DNA of 38,793 nucleotides from NCBI GenBank assembly GCA_003990765.1, contig RBNJ01000155.1, forward strand, positions 1 to 38,793. Reading direction: 5' to 3'. The stretch comes from Jimgerdemannia flammicorona. Taxonomy: Eukaryota. This document shows, in pieces, positions 13,186 through 24,110 of the stretch. The notes under the pieces are model-generated. The model worked only from the letters and a program-made list of their open reading frames with translations, was not told where the DNA came from and ran no database searches. Positions within the stretch are counted from its first letter, which is position 1, and the number at the start of each line of letters is the position of its first letter. The translations under genes and the position numbers were made by a program.

Positions 13186-14723
13186 TGTAATGGTGACCCC
13201 AGAATGATGACATCAGTATAGGAGATAGTCTTTCCTTATAAGCCACCAGATCAGAGCATAAGAAGATCATACAGTATATGAAATGAGCAATAATGGCCAA
13301 CTGTGAGTCATTGTGACCACAGTACAAGCATCCTGAAGAATATAAAAGAAGGATCAAGGAACTATAGTAGCAGCAACCAACAAGAACCACCAATCCCAAA
13401 ATAGCTCAAAGACTTACTACAAATGAAATGCCTGCTGCCTGCTAAACCTCAAGGTCAAGGAATCACCAAGGTATCTCAGTTGAGGAAAGGATGTTCCAAG
13501 ACATCAGAAGAGCCATGAGGACCCACTCAATAAGGACTCTGAGTATCAACCTGGATACTACAGATCCCTATCACTTTATCCTCTACTATTGTGAAATGGA
13601 AACAAGAATCACCATTACCACTGAATGCCTCCAAATGTGGCAGGAGTACAAAATAGGAAACCTCCTCTGCCAGGAGTTCCCACAGGCTAGCACTCAAGAG
13701 CTATAAGATGCCACTCCCATGGATATATATGAAATGAGGATAGCTAAGAAGATCTATCAGATCTTCAGACATGCATCATGGTTGATCCCCAACTTAGAGT
13801 ATGTTAGAGTCTCAGACTTCAGAGACCTGTCATCCCACCATATCAATGCACTAGAAGCCAGGGTAGCTACAGAAGCCCAGTCCACTATCACCCTCAATAG
13901 TGAAGAAGTAGAAGACTTCTGGCATCCCATCCTTCAGGACAACCCAGACCAATTCCTGCAAGGATTGATCTCAGTATTCCAAGACCCAAGCATCCAGGTT
14001 AGACCTCCCTAAGACCCCACATTTGTTTCTTATTTTGTGAAAAAGAACCTTATAAACTGGAGAGCTCCAGATCCCCTTATTCCCACTGCTGCTGAATGTG
14101 ATGATATCATTGGTGATGACGTCATCCTGTATGACATCAACATATGTGAAGCATGTGAATCATGTGATGATGAATTCACAGATCTCATCTCCTTCAGTGA
14201 TGATAATGATGATGAAGCCCCCATGATCCTGAACTTTCTACTCTAAGTTCTTTGTTACACTAAATAATGTCAGCATCAGTATTCTCATATAACACTGGAT
14301 AATGCCAGCACCGGCATTCTGAGGTGATACAAAATTGTTCCAATACTGGTATTCTGATATGACACTGAATTATATCAGTATCCTGAACCTGTACAACTAT
14401 TAGTGCCGACCCTGGAACTCAGTAGTTTTAGTTATTGGAATTTATATTTAGCTTTATATCTTAGCAACTGTTGAATTATATTTTGTATAGATACCTCTCT
14501 TATTTCCTCTGAAATAAAGTCAGTCAAGTTCAGTGCAATACATAATCCCTTGCAAGCAATCTAAGAGATAACAAGATAGTTAAAGATAAGAAGTTTGAGA
14601 ACTATAAGACCTTGGAAAGGTACTCCAATAAGAACTTGCTTATAACAAACTTGAGTTAGTCTAAGAGATATATCTTGAAGAGAATCTGATATATTTGAAG
14701 GACTCAGTGACTACTATGTGACA
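13186..14723 (+). repeat. 5' LTR of gypsy B (1538 bp), containing a 5'-truncated copy of ORF3
   Basis: Direct repeat of 20418-21958; track ORFs 13491..13706, 13719..14012 and 14037..14246 are all in one frame. Confidence 0.95.
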
Positions 14724-14726
14724 ACT

Positions 14727-14744
14727 TGGTACCCATTGACTGGT
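14727..14744 (+). promoter_or_regulatory. Primer-binding site of gypsy B
   Basis: TGGTACCCATTGACTGGT, 3 nt after the LTR; one transition away from the gypsy A PBS. Confidence 0.75.
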
Positions 14745-14843
14745 AATTCAAGATGAATCCCTTACTTTTAAGCTAAAAAACGAACAACCCCCACAACAAC
14801 TACCCTGACTACAAGAATCACCCCTGCAAGAATTCAAGATAAG

Positions 14844-17800
14844 ATGAAAATGCACCCCCCCACATTTTATGGATATATATACTACCGAAGAGTCAATCCT
14901 GACCTTCATTGAAGACTTTGAACAATTTGCCACCATACAAGCCCTTGGTGTAGATACTCAATTGGCCCTTCTACCAGTCAGCCTCAGAGGACCTGCCAGA
15001 GACAAGTTCAATGCAGCCACCATTGCTGATGCTGGTGCAGCCAAACTTGCCAACATGGAGGTCTTTCTCAGAACAATATATTATACCAAAGAGATCAAGC
15101 AAGCTCTCAAGGATCAACTCAATACCATCTGCCAGGGACTTAGTGAAGATTCCAACTCATTCTATAATCGAATCTGCCACCAGATTGTCTTGGCTGGCTA
15201 TGATGACCACCTCAAGGAACAAATAGCAGATTCAACCTTCCTCAAAGGAGTTCACCCTGAAATTGCCCTAGCAATCCAGTCTACCCCAGCTGTACTGACC
15301 CTTGATCAGAAAGTGGTCTTTATACAGAGATATTAGACTATCAGACATCCTGCTGAACACTTAATGGAGAAAATAACTGACATCAAGATGGAGCCATCAA
15401 AGCCAACTAGTATCTTACCTGCTACAGTTGTAAACAGACAACCAACCTCACCTACCCCCAAGACAACCAAAGCTGACCCAGTGGAGGAACTCGCCAAGCA
15501 GTTCACTAAGATGACTACACACCTTGGAGATGTTGTTAGAGAAGTCTGAAGTGCCAACAGGAGACCAGTGCAGAGATTTGCAGCTGCTACAGAAGAATGC
15601 AATATCACATGCTTCAGATATAGAGAAGAAGGCCACTATACAAAGAATTGCATGACTGAAACAAGACGCAAAGCCCAACTAAGTAATACTAGCAGAACCA
15701 GAGAACAAACCAATGCAGTAGTCATCGAGGAGATTGGTGACACTGATGATGAAGAATACTATAAGGAGCTTGAATTCTATCCTGCTACTGAAGGTACCAG
15801 AACCTGGTCCAAGCTCTATGACAAGAAGAGCAATAGCAAGCCAGTTGGAAGACCAAAAAAGACCCCAGCTGTCACTATTCAAAGCAAGATCCAACTCAAG
15901 GAGATTGATCAAGACATAGAGTTAGATGAAGCTATCTGCCAAATTATTGAAGGCACTACTCTAGTCTCAGGAGAAAGTGAAAGCAAGAAGGAACAGAAGC
16001 TGCGCAAGACCAAGATCCACCAGTATGATATCTACAAGGACCTCAAGGAACAGAAGGTCAATGCTACTTTTGGACAACTAGCTGAAGTCCCTGTCTTCAG
16101 ACAGCAGTTGAGAGTAGGACTTGCAACTACTGTCAAGAATCAAGAGTACAAGATTGTAGAAGCTCACAATGTACAGGAAGAATCTGAGAACTCAGGTGAA
16201 GAATCTGAAGACCAGCACAAGACATCAGCCTATACCCTATGTCAGATCGAAGACTGTATCTTTGATGTCATCATTGATACTGGTGCTGGGGGATGCCTCA
16301 TGAGCAAGAAGACAATTGACTGCCTAGGTTGGGATATTGAAGAGTCCACCAAGATGGTCTATGTCACAGCAGATGGTATACAAGCTACCCCCCTTGGCAA
16401 AATCCGAGAAGTCCCCATCAAGATAGGAGGAGCTACCATTCCAGTAAACATGATTGTTACAAGCACCACCAACTATGACATCCTTATTGGCAACCAATGG
16501 CTTTATAAGGCCAAGGCCATCATTGACCTCAATGCCCAGAAGATGCAGATCAACTATAAAGGAAGAAAGGTACAGGTCTCTATCAATGTCCACAAAGGAG
16601 TTCTACCAGACATGGAGGAAGGAGATGAAGAAGACACAGAGGTCTTCATGCACTCAGTGAACAAGAACAAGAACAAGACACCCAAGCTCACAGATGAGCA
16701 GTGGTATAACAAGATCATCAATGGCTATGCCTCTCAAGGAAGATGCCTCCATGGTACTAGGATGTACTGCTCTGAATACCTGAATGACTGCTGGTCCTGT
16801 ATCAGTGAAGTCAGGAAAATCCACCAACAGAAACATGAGTAAGAAGCCACTGAAGCAAAAAGGAAAGCCGAAGAAGATGACCAGCCCCCAGAGCTCCAAG
16901 CTGACAGTGATGATGAGTAGGAATAAGAATCAGACATCACCCTCAAGGTCAAGAAGTTTCACCCTGAAGCCAAGATCCCAGAATATAAGACTAAAGGAGC
17001 CATAGGAATGGACCTTGCCAGTATTCAAGATGCTACCCTTGAACCACAGACCACCACCCTACTTGGCACTGGAATTGGAGTCAAGCTGCCAGAGAACCAT
17101 GCTGGAATTATCAAGACAAGGAGCAGTCTGGCCAAAAGTGAAATCTCAGTTGAAGGAGGAGTAATTGACCCAGATTACACTGGCAAGATCTTCCTCATAG
17201 TCAGAAATCACAACCACACCACCCCCTTCGAAGTCAAGAAGCATGACAGGATTGGCCAGATGCTGATCTATGAAATTAAGAAACTCAAGATCATTGAAGC
17301 CATTGAACTCATCAAGACCAAGAGAGGAGAACAAGGCTTTGAATCTACTGGAAGAGGAGCCTATGCCACCACCAAGATTACCAAACTTGAACACAAGAAA
17401 GAAAAGGACCAGAATAAGCACACATATACCATTGGAGAAACCTTTCCCCTGGAGGAACAACTTCTCAAGATTCTGCACCAGAATGAAGGAGTACTTGCTA
17501 TAGACTTCAGGAATATCCACAATCAAGAACCCAAGTACTACCATGAAGTTGACACTGGAGTTACCAAGCCCATCTATCAGAAAGCCAGACCCATACCACC
17601 TGCCTACAGAGAATGGCTGTGAGCAGAACTCAAGGAAATGGAAGAAGCCAGAATCATCAAGCAAGCTATCAGCCCCTGGGTCTCACCCATTGTCCTTGCT
17701 CTAAAGAAAGAAAGCAAACCTGGAGAGTTCATGCCAAGACTCTATATTGATTACAGGAAGCTCAATGCTATCACCAAGAAGGATAGACAGCTCTTGCCAA

Positions 17801-18864
17801 ATATTCAAGAGATCCTTACCACCCTTGGAAGTAAAGCCAAATACTACACCACCTTAGATCTGTTCTCAGGCTTCCATCAGATTGGTCTCACACAAGATAC
17901 CAGTGAGAAATCAGCCTTCATCACACCTGATGCCACCTATATCTACCTGTGAATACCATTTGGAATGTGCAATGCCCCAGCAAGCTTCCAGCAAATGATA
18001 AACAGAGTCTTCAGTAATGAGATTGGAAAATGGCTCTTTGTCTATGTTGATGATGTGATCATCTTCAGCAACACTGCACAGGAACATATCAATCACATAC
18101 AGCTAGCCCTCAAGAAGCTCAAAGAGCATGACCTCTACATCAAGCCCAAGAAATACAAGTTTGCGGCTCAAGAAATTGCCTACCTAGGACACCTCATCAA
18201 CCAGACTGGAATCTACACAGACCCCATGAAGATTGAGGCTGTTGCAGCCTACCTGAGACCCAGAACAACTACAGAAGTCCATGCCTTCCTTGGACTGGCC
18301 AGCTACTACAGAAGATTTATCAAAGGATATTCCAATATTGCAGCACCTATCTACGAGCTACTGAAGAAGGAGACCAAATTCGAATAGACCAAGGAGCACC
18401 AAGAAACCTTCAATGAACTCAAGACTAGGTTGACCCAAGCACCTATCCTCAGAAGACCAGACTGGAACCTAGAATTCATCCTGCAGACAGATGTGAGTAC
18501 TAGAGCAGTCCTAGCTCAGAAGAAAGATGGACATGAATATGTCATCTCCTATATAAGCCAAGGTACCCATGGAGCAGAACAGAACTATGAGTCATGCAAG
18601 CTTGAATGCTTAGCAGTAGTCTGGGCAGTAGACAAGTTCCACTACTACCTAGCTGGGAAACATTTCATTATTCAAACAGACCACTCTGCTCTTGCCTGGC
18701 TATTCCACACCCTGAACTCCAAAGAAATATATACCAGATGGATCTACAGGCTGCAAGAGTATGACTGTACTGTCAAGCATTGCTCAGGAAAGACCAACAC
18801 CAATGCCGATATACTCTCAAGAACACTCTGAAACACCCCCATCAAGACCATTCAACATAAATAA
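14844..18864 (+). pseudogene. Gypsy B gag-protease-dUTPase-RT-RNase H polyprotein (single frame, interrupted by point stops)
   Basis: Track ORFs 14869, 15364, 15568, 17008, 17638, 17965 and 18430 share one frame. Motifs: CFRYREEGHYTKNC, IIDTGAGG, dUTPase motifs, VYVDDVIIFS, KLECLAVVWAV, TDHSAL, NADILSR. Confidence 0.93.
16945..17360 (+). pseudogene. dUTPase domain within gypsy B pol (homolog at ~8160-8570 minus in gypsy A)
   Basis: All five trimeric dUTPase motifs in order: GMDLAS, RSSLA, GGVIDPDYTG, DRIGQML, RGEQGFESTG. Confidence 0.92.
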
Positions 18865-20104
18865 GGAGCTCTACTATGGATTAATCAGCTACCTTAGGCA
18901 GTGGAAGATGCCCAACCACCTCGAACCTTGGACAATCACTATTATCAACCAGACTTGGAAACAGTTTGAACTAGACAATACTATACTCAGAAAAGGAGGA
19001 AAGCTAGTAATACCTGAACACAAGAAGTATTAAGTAATGAAGGAAGTACACAAGCAAGGACACTTAGGAGGAACTAACATATATGACAAGGCAAGAAGAA
19101 CCATGTGGTGGCCCAAGATGGAAGAAGACCTGTGCCAATTTGTCAAAGGGTGTGATAAGTGCCAAAAACAGAAACAAGATCAGCAAGACCAGGCACCTGA
19201 GTCATCAAGAATTGAGCCTATCCCTTTCTACCACATTGCAATGAATATCATTGGACTGCTACCAGTAATACTATCAGGAAACTGCTATATTATAGTTATT
19301 GTAGACCTCTTCACCAAATGGATAGAGGCAGGAGTATTACAAGAAGCCAATGTCCTCTCTATAGCTGACTTCCTGCACTGAGAAATCATCTGCTGCTATA
19401 AGACACCAAAGCAAATCACAACAGACTATGGAACAGAATTTGTCAATGAATTCCACGAGATAATATATCAGAAATACAAGATCCAGTACATCAAGACCAC
19501 AGTATACCACCCTTAAGGAAATGGACAGACAGAGAGAACCAACAAGACCCTCAAGAACATCCTAGCGAAGATCTCAGAGATATATGAGAATTGGGATAAC
19601 TATCTCCCAACTGCCCTCTCTGTCCTATGAGATATATGGTCACAGAGCACACACTTTACCCCAAGAGAGCTGCTCTTCAGAGAAGAAGATTCTGATGGAA
19701 CCTCAGCCACAAATCTAGATCTAACTTGGAGATAGGTTGATGCAGAAATCTGGAGACTACACCAAATCAGGAAGAAGGCTGAAGATTATATCACCAAGTC
19801 ACAAGCACTGACAAGGAAGAATGCAGAAAAGAATCACAAGGCCCTAGAACCCATCCAAATCAGAGAAAAGGTTCTACTGTATCGAAATATAGTAGAAGCC
19901 TCATGGTTATGAAAACTGGAACCCAAATGGGAAGGACTCTTCTACATGCAAGATATCAAGAGAACCACCTTTTGGCTTAGAAAAATCTCAGGGACTATAC
20001 TGCCTACTACAGTACATAGGAACAGACTCAAGAAGTACCATGAACCTATATAAGAGAAGCAAAATGTAATGACTACCTGTGAGGTTCTAGTCTGTGAATC
20101 ATAA
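18857..20104 (+). pseudogene. Gypsy B integrase, +1 frame relative to RT-RH
   Basis: HKQGHLGG...CDKCQ, VDLFTKW, TDYGTEF, YHP*GNGQTERTNKTL, KLEPKWEGLF, VHRNRLKKY; apparent end at TAA 20102-20104. Confidence 0.9.
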
Positions 20105-20108
20105 CAGC

Positions 20109-21481
20109 ATGTCCTGTGACCAGCAGGCTATCTGTCTGGACCATTCTCTAAGGGATACAGCACTGATAACTACTCATCTATGAGACTTTCAAAGTCAGAG
20201 AAGTTTGAACCATCAACTGATTGGTCAAGATCAGAATCAGGCCCTTGCTCTATATGAAGGGAGTGATCCTTCACCATCATACCAAAATACAAAGGGAAGA
20301 TGCCAGCCCATAAATACCACTTTTCGACCCCTTGCCAGAGGTTATGGGATCAGCAAATTTTTCAGGACTAGACCAATGAATAAGGATGCTCAGGAAGATC
20401 CTTATTCAGGAGGAAGATGTAACAGTGACCCCAGAATGATAACATCAGCACAGGAGACAGCCTTTCCTTACAAGCCATCAGATCAGAGTATAACAAGATC
20501 ATACAGCATATGTATGAAATGAGTAATGATGACCAACTGTGAGTCATTGTGACCACAGTACAAGCATCCTGAAGAATATAAAAGAAGGATCAAGAAACTG
20601 CAGTAGTAGTAACCAACAAGAACCACTAATTCCAAAATAGCTCAAAGACTTACTACAAACGAAATGCCTGCTGCCCACCAAACCTCAAGGTCAAGGAATC
20701 ACCAAGGTATCTCAGTTGAGAAAGGATGTTCTAAGACATCAGAAGAGCCATGAGGACCTGCTCAACAAGGACTTCGAGTGTTAACCTGGGTACTGCAGAT
20801 CTCTATCACTTTATCCTCTACCGCTGTAAAATGGAAACAAGGATCACTATTGCCACTGAATGTCTCCAAATGTGGCAGGAGTATGAAATAGGAAACCTCC
20901 TCTACTGGGAGTTCCCACAGGCCAGCACTTAAGAGCTACAAGATGCCACTCCTATAAATATATGTGAAACAAGGACAGCTAAGAAGATCTATCAGATCTT
21001 CAGGCATGCACCATGATCGATTCTCAACTTGGAGTATGTTAGAGTCTCAGACTTCAGAGATCTGTTATCCTGCCATATCAATGCACTAGAAGCTAGGGTG
21101 GCTACAGAAGCCCAGTCCACTATCACCCTCAACAATGAAGAAGTAGAAAACTTCTGGCATCCCATCCTTCAGAACAACCCAGACCAATTCCTGCAAGGAT
21201 TGATCTCAGTATTCCAAGACTCAAGCATCCAGGTTAGACCTCCCCAAGACCCCACATTTGTTCCTTATTTTGTGAAAGAGAACCTCATAGACTGGAGAGC
21301 TCCAGATCTCCTTATTCCCACTGCCGCTGAACGTGATGATATCATCGGTGATGATGTCTTCTCATGTGATATCGACATATACAAAGCACATGAATTGTGT
21401 GATGACAAATTCACAGATCTTATCTCCTTCAGTGATGATGATGATGATGAAGCCTCTATGATCCTGAACTTTCTGCTCTAA
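20109..21481 (+). pseudogene. Gypsy B accessory ORF3 spanning the PPT and U3 of the 3' LTR (~457 codons reconstructed)
   Basis: ATG 4 nt after the integrase stop. Track ORF 20205..20522 crosses the PPT/LTR junction in this frame. It continues into 20750..20932 and 21029..21481 after a 1-nt deletion that the 5' LTR lacks. Internal stops fit C->T or G->A changes. Confidence 0.7.
20407..20417 (+). promoter_or_regulatory. Polypurine tract of gypsy B
   Basis: CAGGAGGAAGA directly before TGTAAC of the 3' LTR. Confidence 0.85.
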
Positions 21482-21958
21482 GTTCTATATTATACTGAAT
21501 AATGCCAGCACTGGTATTCTCATGTAATACTGGATAATGCTAGCACCAGCATTCTGAGGTGATGCGAAATTGTTCCAACACTAGTATTCTGATGTTATAC
21601 TGAATTATACCAGTATCCTGAACCTGTATAACCATCAGTGCCGACCCTGGAACTCAGTAGTTTTAGTTATTGAAATTTATATTTAGCTTTATATCTTAGC
21701 AACTATTGAATTATATTTTGTATAAATACCCCTCTTATTTCCTCTGAAATAAAGTCAGTCAAGTTCAGTACAATATACAATCCCTTGCAAGCAATCTAAG
21801 AGATAACAAGACAGTTAAAGATAAGAAGTTTGAGGACTATAAGATCTTGGGAAGGCACTCCAATAAGAACTTACTTATAACAAACTTGAGTTAGTCTAAG
21901 AGATATACCTTGAAGAGAATCTGGCATATTTGAAGGACTTAGCAACCACTATATGACA
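20418..21958 (+). repeat. 3' LTR of gypsy B (1541 bp)
   Basis: TGTAACAGTG...ATGACA; ~35-bp degenerate tandem repeats (~21490-21620), TATAAATA (~21721) and AATAAA (~21748) lie downstream of the ORF3 stop. Confidence 0.95.
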
Positions 21959-22599
21959 GTAGTTAGATCACTTATATATCTTATATTAAGAATGAGATCT
22001 TATATATTATATTATATAATTTAAATGAGATAGTATAATACTCCTTCTACTATATATAAAAATTTACATTGATTAGTAATTGAGAGGATTTTCAGATATA
22101 TTAAAAGTATAGTATATTATAAACTTACTCTCAGCAGATTGAGTAAGAGTAATAGTAAGAATAGTATATTTCTATCTGATATATATAATGTCAATTAAGC
22201 TGAATACTTAAATGATCACTACTTTATAATCAGATATCTCTTTTATATTGATAAAAATAACAATAAAGTTATTTTATAGCAAATATACAAGTATTGTTTA
22301 TAGAAGTTATTTAGCTATACTAGTTATTAAAAGTACTCAGTTTTAATCAGAAATAGTATTATATACTTATTCTTTAAGATAACAGATCAATGATTACTAT
22401 GACAAAAAACTCAGTATATTATTCAAAAATAAAATATATCAATATATAATATTATTATATAAGAGAGTATATAGAGAATGAGATCATATGTTTAAAATAC
22501 ATTCTAGTAGAGTATATGATTGTAGATTTGCTTATTAAAGTCCTTTTAAGACTAAAATTTAAGCAATATACTTAAGAAATAAGTTTTATAGAGAACTAT

Positions 22600-23794
22600 T
22601 ATAATAATATCTCTGAAACCAATAATATCAGAATTCAGAAGACCGCTTTGACTTTGCAAGTCACTAGTTATAAGTTATAACTCAACTATAACTCATCTTG
22701 ATCAGAAGATAATTTTATCTGAACTCATAATAACTTATAATGAGCCCAATAATATACTACTCTAAATCAGATAACTCTACCCACTAAACCAAAAAAGAAG
22801 ACTCTCAAGATATAAAAGAAGTATCAAGAGAAGAAGTACAAAACATCAAACTATGAATAAGAGACTTACTACTAAAAAAAATTACTACTATTTACCAAAT
22901 AGTAAGGTTAAGAAGCCACTCTAGTCTATTAGTTCAAGAATGAATATTCTCTGATATTTGTAGAGCAATAAAGTTATATATAAAAAGAACTTCTAGTCTG
23001 AACCTCTATATAAAGAACTCCTATTACTATACTCTTAGCTACTAAGAAATAGAGATAAGAATTATCACTACTGCTGAGTATCTTTGGATATAATAAGAAT
23101 ATAAGATAGAATATCATCTCTACTAAGAATTCATATAAGCCAGCTCTTAAGAAATTACAGATACCATATATATGAATAAGTATGAACAGAAATTAACCAA
23201 AAGAGTCTACCAGATCTTTAGGTATATATTCTGGATCATTCTCAACCTGGAATATATCAAAGTTTCTGATATTCAAAATGACAAGTTATCATATAGACCA
23301 TCTTAAAGAAATAATTGCAGAAGAGACCCAATCTACTATTATAGTCAAGAGTAATAAAGTTCATGACCTTTAGAATCCCATCTTAGAACTAGTTTGTCTA
23401 TGGTCTGATTTTACTATTTCAAGGCCTTCTCTTAAAAGTCTGCTACTCTCAGAATTCCACAGATATTTCCTACTTTATAGATAACAATACTATTAACTAA
23501 AGTCCTCAAGAGTAGAATAACTATATACCCTTTGGTGATATTATTAACAATGATATCACTCCTCTAAACAACTTGGAGAATGATAGCAACATACTTATCC
23601 TTTTAGTAATTATGAGTTACAACTAATTATCTAGTCTTATATATGTATAGTCTAAAAACTATATAAATATTTCCTGATCTGTAATAAATAAATCTCAGTC
23701 AATTGGGTTTACCAACTTAAGTTCTGAAATACAAGGAAGTTGAGTGTAAGAACTTTGAGAAAAGACTCCAAGAGTTGAAGAATTACTCTTATCA
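22600..23794 (+). mobile_element. Older solo LTR of a gypsy-B-related family carrying a decayed ORF3 domain
   Basis: Start TATAATAATATC resembles TGTAATGGTGAC after G->A/C->T changes; ends in CA; flanked by CTAT at 22596-22599 and 23795-23798. Encodes KRVYQIFRYIFWIILNLEYIKVSD (~23200-23270). Confidence 0.75.
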
Positions 23795-23829
23795 CTATCT
23801 TGAAACTCAGATATATATCAAGAACTGCT

Positions 23830-24110
23830 ATAAATCTTGGAAATTGAATATAAGACTACAGACTATATGAAATTCAAAATATAAGTCAGTTAAGACCATT
23901 ATGGAAATCAGATACAAGACCCTAGAACTCAAAAGACAAGTCAAGACTGCACATACAAGATACAAGTCAGTTAGTAAAGCTGCTATAGAAAATCATTATA
24001 AAACTCAAGATACAAGTTAGTTAGTTAAAAAAATTACTACAGAAATTAGAAACAAGATCAGGAAATACCACTACAGTTAGTTAAAACTACCAGAAAACTC
24101 AGTCTAGGAT
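23830..24110 (+). repeat. Degenerate short repeats (AACTCAAGATACAAGTCAGTTAG-like), possibly the copia-1 3' UTR
   Basis: Recurring CAAGATACAAGT(C/T)AGTTAG-like units at ~23875, 23955 and 24003. Confidence 0.45.

Larger units (their letters stand above)
13186..21958 (+). mobile_element. Full-length Ty3/gypsy LTR retrotransposon B (dUTPase-bearing, long LTRs), decayed
   Basis: LTRs 13186-14723 and 20418-21958 (TG...CA), TSD GTAG (13182-13185 and 21959-21962), PBS at 14727, PPT 20407-20417, full domain set; inserted in the copia RT motif PYQQV|VGSLMYL. Confidence 0.95.
2691..22595 (+). mobile_element. Heavily decayed Ty1/copia LTR retrotransposon (copia-1), internal region, interrupted by gypsy A and gypsy B
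   Basis: Reverting C->T/G->A changes gives copia motifs in copia order: PBS GATTATGAGCTC (2691), gag, CCHC knuckle (~3445-3490), protease WLIDSG (~3740), integrase RYFITIIDDY (~4400-4440) and QQNGMAERFNRT (~11480-11520), RT KARFVAKGYSQ and IHQMDIKTAFLNG (~12465-12640), PYQQVVGSLMYL split by gypsy B, RNase H HSKTKHIDIRYHYIRE and IADLLTK (~22420-22545). LTR limits not resolved. Confidence 0.85.

Noticed and set aside
20109..21481. ORF3 as an env gene or chromodomain
   Set aside because: No signal peptide, transmembrane segment or chromodomain aromatic pattern is visible.
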